From Escherichia coli (GTDB taxonomy: Bacteria; Pseudomonadota; Gammaproteobacteria; Enterobacterales; Enterobacteriaceae): a stretch of 64,000 nucleotides of DNA. Within the stretch, counting starts at the first letter, position 1; each line of letters begins with the position of its first letter. The translations under genes and the position numbers were made by a program. The stretch lies in assembly GCF_030013595.1 (NCBI RefSeq), contig NZ_CP122768.1; one strand, written 5' to 3'. The notes beneath the pieces were generated by a model. It was not told where the DNA came from and did no database searches. It worked only from the letters and a program-made list of their open reading frames with translations. Below are positions 43,765 to 53,878 of this stretch, one piece after another.

Positions 43765-45593
43765 GTGATCAGTTTGACGCAAAAGCGTTTTTAAAAACCG
43801 TAACCAGCCAGCCAGGCGTTTATCGCATGTATGATGCTGGTGGTACGGTTATCTATGTCGGCAAAGCGAAAGACCTGAAAAAACGGCTTTCCAGCTATTT
43901 CCGTAGCAACCTCGCTTCGCGCAAAACCGAAGCGCTGGTCGCCCAGATCCAGCAAATTGATGTAACGGTTACTCATACAGAAACCGAAGCGCTGTTGCTG
44001 GAACACAACTACATCAAACTCTATCAGCCGCGTTACAACGTTTTGCTACGCGATGATAAATCTTATCCTTTTATCTTCCTGAGTGGCGATACTCACCCGC
44101 GTCTGGCGATGCATCGTGGTGCGAAGCATGCCAAAGGTGAATATTTCGGCCCGTTCCCGAATGGCTATGCCGTACGTGAAACACTGGCGCTACTGCAAAA
44201 GATATTCCCCATTCGCCAGTGCGAAAATAGTGTTTATCGCAATCGCTCGCGTCCGTGTCTGCAATATCAGATAGGGCGCTGTCTGGGACCGTGCGTTGAA
44301 GGACTGGTGAGTGAAGAAGAATACGCTCAGCAGGTCGAGTATGTGCGCCTGTTTTTGTCTGGCAAAGATGATCAGGTGCTTACGCAACTCATTAGCCGTA
44401 TGGAAACTGCCAGCCAGAATCTGGAGTTTGAAGAAGCGGCACGTATTCGCGACCAAATTCAGGCGGTGCGACGCGTCACCGAAAAACAGTTTGTGTCCAA
44501 TACCGGCGACGACCTTGACGTTATTGGTGTGGCGTTCGATGCGGGCATGGCTTGTGTCCACGTATTGTTCATTCGTCAGGGTAAAGTGCTCGGCAGCCGC
44601 AGCTATTTCCCGAAAGTGCCTGGCGGTACGGAACTGAGCGAGGTGGTGGAAACCTTCGTAGGTCAGTTCTATTTACAAGGCAGCCAGATGCGCACCTTAC
44701 CGGGTGAGATCCTGCTCGATTTTAATCTTAGCGATAAAACGCTGCTCGCCGATTCCCTTTCAGAACTGGCGGGACGCAAGATTAATGTTCAAACTAAACC
44801 TCGCGGCGATCGGGCGCGTTATCTGAAACTCGCGCGCACCAATGCGGCGACGGCCTTAACCAGCAAACTTTCGCAGCAATCTACCGTTCACCAGCGACTG
44901 ACCGCACTTGCCAGCGTGTTGAAATTGCCGGAAGTGAAGCGGATGGAGTGCTTTGACATCAGCCATACCATGGGTGAACAAACCGTCGCTTCCTGTGTGG
45001 TGTTTGATGCTAACGGCCCGCTGCGTGCGGAGTATCGGCGCTATAACATTACTGGCATTACGCCGGGCGATGATTATGCGGCGATGAATCAGGTGCTGCG
45101 TCGGCGTTATGGTAAAGCCATCGACGACAGTAAGATCCCGGATGTGATCCTTATTGACGGCGGCAAAGGCCAGCTTGCGCAGGCGAAAAATGTCTTCGCC
45201 GAACTGGATGTCTCATGGGATAAAAATCATCCGCTGCTACTTGGCGTTGCCAAAGGAGCAGATAGGAAGGCTGGGCTGGAAACGCTGTTCTTTGAGCCGG
45301 AAGGTGAGGGATTCAGTTTGCCGCCAGATTCTCCCGCGCTGCATGTTATCCAGCATATTCGCGACGAATCACACGATCACGCGATTGGTGGGCACCGTAA
45401 AAAACGGGCGAAGGTCAAAAATACCAGTTCCCTGGAAACCATTGAAGGCGTCGGGCCAAAACGTCGGCAAATGTTGTTGAAATATATGGGCGGTTTGCAA
45501 GGTTTACGTAACGCCAGCGTTGAGGAAATTGCAAAAGTGCCGGGTATTTCGCAAGGTCTGGCAGAAAAGATCTTCTGGTCGTTGAAACATTGA
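43761..45593 (+). CDS. uvrC: excinuclease ABC subunit C
   Basis: 610-aa ORF; GIY-YIG N-terminus; overlaps uvrY stop. Confidence 0.95.
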
Positions 45594-45649
45594 TGTCTCT
45601 GTAGCAACATAGGGGTAATCTTACTGACAACAGATAGTTACCCGTCATT

Positions 45650-46198
45650 ATGCAATTTAATATCCCTACGTTGCTTACACTGTTCCGTGTCATCCTTATC
45701 CCATTCTTTGTATTGGTCTTTTATCTGCCTGTCACCTGGTCGCCGTTTGCCGCCGCGCTCATTTTCTGCGTCGCGGCGGTGACTGACTGGTTCGATGGTT
45801 TTCTGGCACGCCGCTGGAACCAGAGTACCCGGTTTGGTGCTTTCCTTGACCCTGTAGCAGATAAAGTTCTCGTGGCTATCGCCATGGTGCTGGTAACCGA
45901 GCATTATCACAGCTGGTGGGTGACCTTACCGGCAGCAACGATGATCGCCCGTGAAATTATTATTTCTGCGCTACGCGAATGGATGGCGGAGTTGGGTAAA
46001 CGCAGTAGCGTGGCTGTCTCCTGGATTGGGAAAGTGAAAACCACTGCCCAGATGGTGGCGCTGGCCTGGCTGCTGTGGCGTCCGAACATTTGGGTTGAGT
46101 ACGCCGGTATTGCACTTTTCTTTGTGGCTGCGGTACTGACTCTGTGGTCAATGTTGCAATATTTGAGCGCTGCGCGTGCAGATTTGCTTGATCAGTGA
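45650..46198 (+). CDS. pgsA: CDP-diacylglycerol--glycerol-3-phosphate 3-phosphatidyltransferase
   Basis: 182-aa membrane ORF. Confidence 0.93.
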
Positions 46199-46349
46199 TC
46201 GTTTCGGCGCAATTTTCAGCAAACGATCAAAAGTGGTGAAAAATATCGTTGACTCATCGCGCCAGGTAAGTAGAATGCAACGCATCGAACGGCGGCACTG
46301 ATTGCCAGACGATAATAAAATCAAGTTATTAACTGATTGCTTGATGAAT

Positions 46350-46425
<76 letters not shown>

Positions 46426-46479
46426 GTTTAAAAGGCATCGGCGTCAAGCGGATGTCTGGCTGAAAGGCCTGAAGAATTT

Positions 46480-46553
46480 GGCGCGTTAACAAAGCGGTTA
46501 TGTAGCGGATTGCAAATCCGTCTAGTCCGGTTCGACTCCGGAACGCGCCTCCA
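46480..46553 (+). tRNA. cysT: tRNA-Cys (anticodon GCA)
   Basis: ggcgcgttaacaaagcggttatgtagcggattGCAaatccgtctagtccggttcgactccggaacgcgcctcca. Confidence 0.95.
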
Positions 46554-46565
46554 CTTTCTTCCCGA

Positions 46566-46652
46566 GCCCGGATGGTGGAATCGGTAGACACAAGGGATTT
46601 AAAATCCCTCGGCGTTCGCGCTGTGCGGGTTCAAGTCCCGCTCCGGGTACCA
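46566..46652 (+). tRNA. leuZ: tRNA-Leu (anticodon TAA), long variable arm
   Basis: gcccggatggtggaatcggtagacacaagggattTAAaatccctcggcgttcgcgctgtgcgggttcaagtcccgctccgggtacca. Confidence 0.95.
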
Positions 46653-46694
46653 TGGGAAAGATGAGAATAAAATCAAAGCAATAAGCAGTGTCGT

Positions 46695-46720
46695 GAAACC
46701 ACCTTCGGGTGGTTTTTTTG
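46695..46720 (+). terminator. rho-independent terminator of the tRNA operon
   Basis: aaccaccttcgggtggtt hairpin followed by T-run. Confidence 0.75.
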
Positions 46721-46782
46721 TGTCTTCTTTCTCATTTCCGAAGATGCGTCCGAAGATGATTTTTCTCTGGACGCATCATCAT

Positions 46783-47799
46783 TCATTTTCTCTGGCCACC
46801 AACTACGGGCACTACTTTAACTTTTCGGTCATATGCTGCTGTCTGTCGTGGGTTCTTATGCCCGGAAATTGCTTGCTTCTCTTCCAGGCTGCCTTCCAGA
46901 TCAGAGATACCTTTTGCTTTCAGATCATGAAATGTGAAGTCTATTTGCAGATGAGGATATTTTTCCTGTGCTGCCGCTTTGACATCACGCCAACGAGAGT
47001 TAAAACCATCACGGGTGTACTTGCCTCCGGTAGTTTGATGAATCACAAACAGGCTACTGATTCCCGGTTTTAATGGCAGAGAACGAGCCAGAGCTATCGC
47101 TTTCTGCAGACGAGGCGACCAGGCTTTGATTTGCTTAACGCCGGTTTTTCCCTGACGAATGTAGATCCCGGAATCGAACAGCTGGTCTTTCTGTAATGAA
47201 AGTACATCACTCTGTCTGGCCACACATAAGTAGGCAATCTCCATTGCCACGCGAACAACATCAGGAGACACTTCATAAACGGCCTGATATTCTTCATCCG
47301 TAATATAACGTTCGCGTGCTGTCTCTTTAAACTGCTTAACTCCCTGACAAGGATTCCTCTGGACATAACCTCGTTCATAACCCCAACGGAATACCCTGGA
47401 CATAAAGCTTTTTTCCCTATTTGCCTGAGTTCGGCTTGATAAACCGCGTTGATCCATATAGCGCCGAATATGTTCAGGTTTGATTTTATCCGGGTCGATC
47501 TTCCCGAAGACAGGCAGAACTTTTCCGGAATATTTTGTGTAGTCTTTCCTGGTTTCGACTGCCAAATCCATAAAATCAGGGGAGGTCATGAATTGTTCCG
47601 CGAGCGCCTGAAAAGTATTTCTTTCTTTTTCGTCACCGACCGCTTTTTCATATGCCAGCCATACGGCTGATCGTGGCGCATCCAATGCGCACAGGCGTAT
47701 CGCTTTGTTATCTTTATTCCTGAATTCGTAGGCCGCTTTGCCCTGGTAAACACGAGGCGGCATCCAGTTATCTGCTGGGTTCTTTCTCTTTCCGGCCAT
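46783..47799 (-). CDS. int: phage tyrosine integrase
   Basis: ORF 46783..47826; likely start ATG 47799 with GGAG 9 nt upstream; C-terminal catalytic region. Confidence 0.8.
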   Translation of the reverse strand: MAGKRKNPADNWMPPRVYQGKAAYEFRNKDNKAIRLCALDAPRSAVWLAYEKAVGDEKERNTFQALAEQFMTSPDFMDLAVETRKDYTKYSGKVLPVFGKIDPDKIKPEHIRRYMDQRGLSSRTQANREKSFMSRVFRWGYERGYVQRNPCQGVKQFKETARERYITDEEYQAVYEVSPDVVRVAMEIAYLCVARQSDVLSLQKDQLFDSGIYIRQGKTGVKQIKAWSPRLQKAIALARSLPLKPGISSLFVIHQTTGGKYTRDGFNSRWRDVKAAAQEKYPHLQIDFTFHDLKAKGISDLEGSLEEKQAISGHKNPRQTAAYDRKVKVVPVVGGQRK

Positions 47800-48031
47800 T
47801 AAATATTGCTCCAAAATCAGGTTCATCTTCTTTTCGCGTCGTCACCTCCTGTAAATTGCGAAATTTTATTGGGTTCAAGAAATGGCCCCAGGTTGTTTTT
47901 GGGTGCCCGTCAGCCCTTTCCATGAAGAAAATTCCAGCCCGGCGAAGAGCCTCACATTGCTTTGATTTAAGTGGGCTTCCCGTCAGCTCGACCATTTCTT
48001 CTCTGGTGATTATGTCGTGATCGCTTTTCAT
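47768..48031 (-). CDS. small phage protein, DUF4224-like (excisionase-associated)
   Basis: 87-aa ORF overlapping int start, typical xis-like position. Confidence 0.5.
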   Translation of the reverse strand: MKSDHDIITREEMVELTGSPLKSKQCEALRRAGIFFMERADGHPKTTWGHFLNPIKFRNLQEVTTRKEDEPDFGAIFNGRKEKEPSR

Positions 48032-48240
48032 GGTCTTTCCTCATTATGTAGCTTATTGCGTCATCTGCCTTCTGGCAGGCACGGGCAATATCAGACTCGG
48101 TCAAAGTCTGTTTCCTGACGCTGGCCGACAGTCGGCCAATTTTGATATCAAATGCGGAGAGCAGAGTTGCTCCCGGTTGCCATCGCAGCATTGTGATCCT
48201 CCGGTTACTGGTGAAACGCAATGCTAGCGATGGTGAGTTT

Positions 48241-48423
48241 TTATTTCTGATTAGGCGTAATCAGTTCTGGTGGGGGGAATGCCGATTTCTCCCGCGTGAC
48301 CTTAATGTTTTCTGGCAGGTGTAGCCCAAGTTCGCAGCGACTCCGTGCTTCAATAATGCCATTGGTACCATCGGCAAGTACCAGGTGAACCGCGTCACCA
48401 CGCTTTAATGTGAGTTTAAGCAT
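48241..48423 (-). CDS. hypothetical phage protein
   Basis: 60-aa ORF abutting next gene. Confidence 0.4.
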   Translation of the reverse strand: MLKLTLKRGDAVHLVLADGTNGIIEARSRCELGLHLPENIKVTREKSAFPPPELITPNQK

Positions 48424-48992
48424 TAGCGTACCCTCAGCGAACGTTCGCCGCGTTCCAGATGTGCGCCTGGTACCGGGTTTAATAACTCGGCTGGTGGTGT
48501 TTCTCCACGCGCCAGTATTTCGGCGGCAACCGCCTCCGCAGATTCAATCACTTCTTTAATGGCTCGCTTGTTTGGTGTAATAACCGTTTCTACATCAACA
48601 AGTGACACGCCTTCATACTCATCCGGGATCTTATCTTTGCTATCGATAATTACCCGGATAGCCCCCTGTGCATCAGTAAATGTGTTTTTTGCGGTTTTTA
48701 GTTTATCCAGGCCAGCAGCTTGCAGGCAGGCGAGCATATGCTTCCGAATTGCTTTTTCCTTGCCTTCAAAGGACGTCTTACGGGTAGCCAGGCGAGACAT
48801 TTCTTCAGCGCAGGTACTGGCATTGCCCTGTAAATTACGGCAGATGACCATCATGGCGTCCAGTTTGTCTCCCAGTTCTCCTTCCATACCTTCAAGCGTG
48901 TCGGCGATCATCTCTGGCGTCAGTTCGTCGGAGGTTTCTAACAGGTCAATCAGACTGGCATATTCTTTTGCAATAGCGATAGCAGTGCTCAT
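48423..48992 (-). CDS. Siphovirus Gp157-like phage protein
   Basis: 189-aa acidic ORF; family assignment from recall, tentative. Confidence 0.5.
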   Translation of the reverse strand: MSTAIAIAKEYASLIDLLETSDELTPEMIADTLEGMEGELGDKLDAMMVICRNLQGNASTCAEEMSRLATRKTSFEGKEKAIRKHMLACLQAAGLDKLKTAKNTFTDAQGAIRVIIDSKDKIPDEYEGVSLVDVETVITPNKRAIKEVIESAEAVAAEILARGETPPAELLNPVPGAHLERGERSLRVR

Positions 48993-51214
48993 GCTGTTTG
49001 CTCCTGTGCTGCGGTGAGGGCGGTGAGGCGTTCGGTTTTGATTTCATTCAAACGGCGCAGGCGCGAACCAAGATAAGTTGAATACTCCTTATCACCTTTG
49101 GATTCTGCGGCCTTGCGGTGAACTTCTACTTCCCGCGCAATAAGGCCATAGACTTTATTAACTTCATTGGGGGTTACGGCTGCAGCCAGTGTTTTGGCAA
49201 CACCTGAGAGTCGTTCATCCAGTTCTTCACGCAGTCGGGTAGCATCCTCTGCTTTCTCGCTTGCCTTCTTAATACTGTATTCTGTATTCAGCTCGGCGGT
49301 GTAGGCACTATCGTTATGCATATCCATATAAACATCTGCCGCAAATCCCAGATGAGATAGTGCTTTGACGGTGGCATCAGTAAGAGACTTTTTGGAGGCC
49401 TCTTTTTCCATTACCAGTGCCCCTTTGTTATTTTTTGATATGTAATCCGTGTGGCCATATGACGGAATAAATCCTTTCACTCCGTTCCAGATGTACCAGA
49501 GATCTATCCGGATGGTGTGTACTGACAGGCAGAACAGGGAACCGTCAGCATCCCTGACAGGTTTTTGTCCAATAATTTTCCCTGTCTGATCCTGTATAGG
49601 TTCAAGTAATGGCACACCGCGATCCACTCGCTCCTCCTTGATTTCAACTCCCCAACCAATGCCTTCCATTCCCAGCACTTCAGTCGCACGCATCAAAATA
49701 TATTGTGCGCGTATGGAGTGCAGTCCTGCACCGTAATCATTATGTGTGACATACGCAGGATCGGTCCGCTGAACGCGATTCCAGATAGCCAAATTTGCTT
49801 TGCTCTGGTCATCATTCATTGCTGACAGATAATGCTCCATGCGAATTGATGCAGTTTTTTCCTCGGCATGGGGCGGCTCAACCAGCGCGTCAACGTTCTG
49901 CACCAGGTCTTTTACCTGCTCGCTAAGTTTTTCTTGTGGAGGAGTCTCTTCTGCCGGGGTAATAGCTGCAGGTTCCCTCTGTGATACGGCGTTATTTTCA
50001 GGTACGTCATACACATGGCGAGGCGTGACAAACTGCTCACGCAACTGCTGCAAACTACGTTCTCCAGCATTTGCTGCTTCGCTTTTTTCGCCCTGATTTG
50101 AGGGTGTTTCTGACATCATTCCATCAATTGAGAATCGCCCGCCGCCGTGGTTGGTGACTTTTACATCATCCTTTGGTGCTGTTTCCTTTGGCTTCTCTTC
50201 AACAGCATTTGCATCACGCTGCCCGTTAGCTTGCAGCCAGTTGTCGATGTGACTGCGCAGGGATTGCGGGAAGTGGTACGTGTCTTTTGCGGGGGCGCTC
50301 TGAATAACACCGAATACTGATGCGCGGTCATAGGCAAGGATCTGATCCGTTGTGCGCAAGGCCATTGACCAGCGTTTAAAATCCTCCCGATCCTGGCTGA
50401 TTATTTCGTCTGCCGCTTTCAGGACGCTGGGGGTGATTTTTTCCGGGCCAACGGGTAACAGGGCGCAGGCAATTTCACGATCCAGTGTGGCGTGAGTCTG
50501 TTGGTAAGGACGTGCGGATGCTGTTTCTGGTTTTACCTCCGGCAGCATTTCATCGCGTTTACCGGGATTCTCTACCCATTTTTTTATAAATTTGGAGATA
50601 GTCCAACTGGTCGGGTTTTGTTCCTGGGTATCGCAACTTGCCAAAATTGCATGTACCAGATTATTCAATCCAGCAATATGCATGTACTCGATGGGCTTAC
50701 ACGCCACCATGGCATCAAGAACGATGCGGTTAAACGCGTCAACCTCATCCTCACTGTCAGTATCACTGTTGTCGAGCATCTCCAGGTATTCACGCGTCTG
50801 CGCAAGCAATTCACTGTCGACTTCGTTGGCGTCGTGGCTGAACAGCAGGACGGCGGCGAAGCGTTCACGAGCCGGCAGTTTCATCAGGTCGTTAACCTGT
50901 GCGATATCTGCTGAACCGCTATCTGAATCAGCGGGGGTGTTAACTACCCATTTTTCGCCATCAAAACTGTGTTCTGTGGCAAACGTCTCATCAAACTCAC
51001 CGACGCCAGGGCGCGGTTGGCCCGGGGCATCTTCCCAGATTTTAGGTTTGAAATAGTTGTCGCCGTGGTCAGGGTAGGCTTCCCACAATTTGCCGATGAT
51101 GATGTTCTCGGCAACTTTTTTGTTAGGGGCGTCGATGGCGATGGCCAGCGCCGGGATCGCGCCGTTTTTGAGCGCGCCTTTTTTCGCTTCTAACAAGCCG
51201 TTAAAGATGGTCAT
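48989..51214 (-). CDS. large phage protein: acidic N-terminal region fused to Rad52-like single-strand annealing domain
   Basis: 741-aa ORF; C-terminal FCLSVHTIRIDL...SYGHTDY...KALSHLGFAADVY resembles Rad52/Sak core. Confidence 0.55.
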   Translation of the reverse strand: MTIFNGLLEAKKGALKNGAIPALAIAIDAPNKKVAENIIIGKLWEAYPDHGDNYFKPKIWEDAPGQPRPGVGEFDETFATEHSFDGEKWVVNTPADSDSGSADIAQVNDLMKLPARERFAAVLLFSHDANEVDSELLAQTREYLEMLDNSDTDSEDEVDAFNRIVLDAMVACKPIEYMHIAGLNNLVHAILASCDTQEQNPTSWTISKFIKKWVENPGKRDEMLPEVKPETASARPYQQTHATLDREIACALLPVGPEKITPSVLKAADEIISQDREDFKRWSMALRTTDQILAYDRASVFGVIQSAPAKDTYHFPQSLRSHIDNWLQANGQRDANAVEEKPKETAPKDDVKVTNHGGGRFSIDGMMSETPSNQGEKSEAANAGERSLQQLREQFVTPRHVYDVPENNAVSQREPAAITPAEETPPQEKLSEQVKDLVQNVDALVEPPHAEEKTASIRMEHYLSAMNDDQSKANLAIWNRVQRTDPAYVTHNDYGAGLHSIRAQYILMRATEVLGMEGIGWGVEIKEERVDRGVPLLEPIQDQTGKIIGQKPVRDADGSLFCLSVHTIRIDLWYIWNGVKGFIPSYGHTDYISKNNKGALVMEKEASKKSLTDATVKALSHLGFAADVYMDMHNDSAYTAELNTEYSIKKASEKAEDATRLREELDERLSGVAKTLAAAVTPNEVNKVYGLIAREVEVHRKAAESKGDKEYSTYLGSRLRRLNEIKTERLTALTAAQEQTA

Positions 51215-51244
51215 TGGTCTTTCCTCATTACAGGTCAGTGGTCT

Positions 51245-51565
51245 TTAGTAGGGGATTTCATCAGTATCTGGCGTGTATTCGATGCAAAGTAACTGCTGGA
51301 TTTTGTCATCGATAGCAGCAATACGCTGTTGGGCGTCGGCGACTGTTTTCTGTTTTTGCTCATACAGCTGCTCGACCTGCAAACCGATGATGTCGATTGG
51401 CTGGGGCTGGTTGACGGTAATTTCAATTTCGCGGCTTTCCAGAAGGATGTACCTGTCTGGAAAATTTTTTGACATATCAACAGTCGCAACAAGCAGCTTT
51501 TCGTGGCTGAAAGTTGAAGTTGCATAATTAATAAAGAGTGTTACTGGGATGGTGCGCGCTTCCAT
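51245..51565 (-). CDS. hypothetical phage protein
   Basis: 106-aa ORF with AAGGAG RBS. Confidence 0.5.
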   Translation of the reverse strand: MEARTIPVTLFINYATSTFSHEKLLVATVDMSKNFPDRYILLESREIEITVNQPQPIDIIGLQVEQLYEQKQKTVADAQQRIAAIDDKIQQLLCIEYTPDTDEIPY

Positions 51566-52561
51566 AGCGACTCCTTGGTGATGTATACTCGGGACCGATC
51601 AGCGAATATTGATCAGCTTCCATAGCGTCAGTGTCGTTGGTCTTTCCTCATCACAAGTTTGGTCACTTGTGATAAATCCGAATGGTTTGGTCGCCGTTCG
51701 GGGTAACTGGCCCGCCTTGTGCGGGTCTTTTGCTATCTAAAGGGTGCCGGTTACGTTTCCGGCGTCGTTATGTTTCCATCACGACCGTACGGGGCTGGTC
51801 TTTCCTGTTTTGAGCTGGTCAGGCTCATGGTCAACGCTGGTCAGGCGTGGTACTTCCTCCGGTCTTTCCCTGGTGTCACGCTGCGGGTTTGGCCTCTCCT
51901 GTTGGGGACTCAGGCACAGCGATAAAACCTGGCTGTGTGAAAAAATGGCCCATCGTGCGGACTGGGCAAAGGCTAAACACAGCAAATTGATGATGGGCGC
52001 CCGGAATCGAACCGGGTAACGGGCAGGGAGTTCCCGTTAAACACCTGTTCACCACAACCGGGAGCGCACTCCGCCATTTCAAAATTTAACGACAAAGCTC
52101 AAAGTTGAGTCGATGAAGTGCGCTCTCGTGTTGTAGCCAGGACTCTTCCCTGGTGGTCACACCGTATCGCCTTGATGGTGAATCAATCGCTCATACCTGG
52201 CTGTGGCTTGCACATTCCGGCTAGCTGCTATGGAGACAACGCGTTAAGGCTCCGCTTCCATCCAGACCGCTTCGACACATGTGCCATATGCCGGCGAAGT
52301 CTTTCCCTCTGTCATCGTGTTGGCGCCGACGCGCAAAATTTGATGCCGTCTTTCCGGCTGTCAGAACGTGTTTCTGAACAACTGCCGCTGGGTAAGCGTT
52401 GTTGATGAAAGTGACTTTACAATTTGTATTTGTAATGGTCAACGTATTTTTAAAAAATAATTTGTAGTTAGGGGCAAAAAAATATTCACTGTGTAAAGGT
52501 GTTTTTGTGTTAGGGGGAAAGTTGCATGCCAGCAGCGGCTGGCCTGGAAATTTGAACTGAA

Positions 52562-52975
52562 CTATTTTGTCTGGTTTTTGGCTTCAAGTAGTTCTTTTAG
52601 CAGTAGATCGAAGTGCTCTCTTTTTTCTTTTAGCTCATTGATTAATTTATTTTTTTCGCTCTCAGGCAGTCCTCTGAATAGTTGCAGTAGAGCCTGTTCT
52701 TGCGGGGTTAGTTCTTGATTGTAATTACCCGGGTGTAGCGTGGATTCATCCAAATATTCACCTTCATTCATGAAGAAAAAATGAACAGGGTATCCGGTCA
52801 CTTTTGCTAGCTTGTCTAATTTATCTTTTCTTGGAGTTACCCCATTACACCATGCCTGAACTGATTGAGCCGTAACCCCAATATGGCGAGCTAACTCAGA
52901 TTGAGACCAGCCTAAGTCTTTTAGAATCCGTTGTAGTCGGCTAGCAAAAGCCATGTTTTTCGTTTTTGTGTTCAT
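52562..52975 (-). CDS. phage repressor-like HTH protein (cI-like)
   Basis: ORF 52562..52990 opens on TTG; HTH (GWSQSELARHIGVTAQSVQAW); divergent from cro-like gene; start uncertain. Confidence 0.7.
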   Translation of the reverse strand: MNTKTKNMAFASRLQRILKDLGWSQSELARHIGVTAQSVQAWCNGVTPRKDKLDKLAKVTGYPVHFFFMNEGEYLDESTLHPGNYNQELTPQEQALLQLFRGLPESEKNKLINELKEKREHFDLLLKELLEAKNQTK

Positions 52976-52994
52976 ACCGTAAGGATACAAGGTT

Positions 52995-53060
52995 TAATTG
53001 TAGGGAGCATTGCAAATATAATTTGTAATTACAGTTATGATTTGTAATGATGGCGCGGAC
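52995..53060. promoter_or_regulatory. candidate operator/promoter region between divergent repressor and cro-like genes
   Basis: Repeated ATTTGTAAT half-sites (ttgcaaatataatttgtaattacagttatgatttgtaatga). Confidence 0.45.
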
Positions 53061-53073
53061 ACAAGGAGTCCAT

Positions 53074-53304
53074 ATGGATAAACAACTGCAAGACAAAATT
53101 CTTTCCGTAATGAGTCAATCCGAGTTAGGGCGGCGATTAGGGAAAAAACCACAAACGGTAAGCCTCTGGTTCAAAGGAAGGGTTCCCGGTGAAGAGGTTT
53201 TGCGCACATCTGAAGCTCTTGAATGGCGCGTGACCCCCCATGATCTTAGACCGGATCTTTACCCAAACCCAGATGACAGCTTGCCTAAAACGAAAGCAGC
53301 TTAA
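53074..53304 (+). CDS. Cro-like HTH regulator
   Basis: ORF 53047..53304; ATG 53074 after AAGGAG; HTH (SQSELGRRLGKKPQTVSLW). Confidence 0.7.
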   Translation: MDKQLQDKILSVMSQSELGRRLGKKPQTVSLWFKGRVPGEEVLRTSEALEWRVTPHDLRPDLYPNPDDSLPKTKAA

Positions 53305-53362
53305 CTGTTGGTGAGCCCCAAATCTGATTAAGCGTAATCAATTTTTAGCGACAGGAGACGCT

Positions 53363-53839
53363 ATGGAAAACCAAGAGGAATTACAAAAAGAGATTTTGAC
53401 CTGGGCGGCAAGGGCAGGGCAGGAACTCGTCACGATTGAAATCTGCCGGGCCTGGTTCAGTCAGGGACGCAATGATGAGTTGAGACTACATGAATTTGAG
53501 GACGCGGACGGCAATGTGGACTGGAGAGCCATCAACAACAATCGGCAGAAAATCTTTCGCTGGTTACGTGGCGAGACAACGGCGGCGCGCCGAAAAACTC
53601 AGGTGCTGGCCAGTGTGATGAAAGCCGTGCTACCCGCAGAACGGCGGGCGCGTCTGGAGTCGCCGGGCGATCCCGTTTTGCTGGCAACGCTGGCGGCAAA
53701 AGAAGGGGTGGAAGCGATTAACGCTGTACATCTCCACTTCGCGCCAGAGATAACTATTCAGGAAATTGACGAAGCAATAGCGGCGCTGGTAGCGACGCGA
53801 GGGGCAGTGATAAGCACTGCGCAAGGCCATCATGCATGA
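53363..53839 (+). CDS. hypothetical phage early protein
   Basis: 158-aa ORF after cro-like gene. Confidence 0.5.
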   Translation: MENQEELQKEILTWAARAGQELVTIEICRAWFSQGRNDELRLHEFEDADGNVDWRAINNNRQKIFRWLRGETTAARRKTQVLASVMKAVLPAERRARLESPGDPVLLATLAAKEGVEAINAVHLHFAPEITIQEIDEAIAALVATRGAVISTAQGHHA

Positions 53840-53878
53840 GCGCCTGACCAGCGTTTAACTTATACCGAGGAAAGACCG

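Noticed and set aside
47967-48221. 84-aa minus-strand ORF next to the integrase-proximal small genes
   Set aside because: Overlaps the 87-aa DUF4224-like ORF by about 65 nt in another frame; no independent support for either over the other
51990-52020. Functional tRNA gene on the minus strand
   Set aside because: Only a T-arm-like segment is present; no D-arm, anticodon arm or matching acceptor stem could be drawn
52221-52442. 73-aa arginine-containing ORF as an N-like antiterminator
   Set aside because: Arg-rich patch is internal rather than N-terminal, no RBS; kept only as a possibility under the leader-region finding
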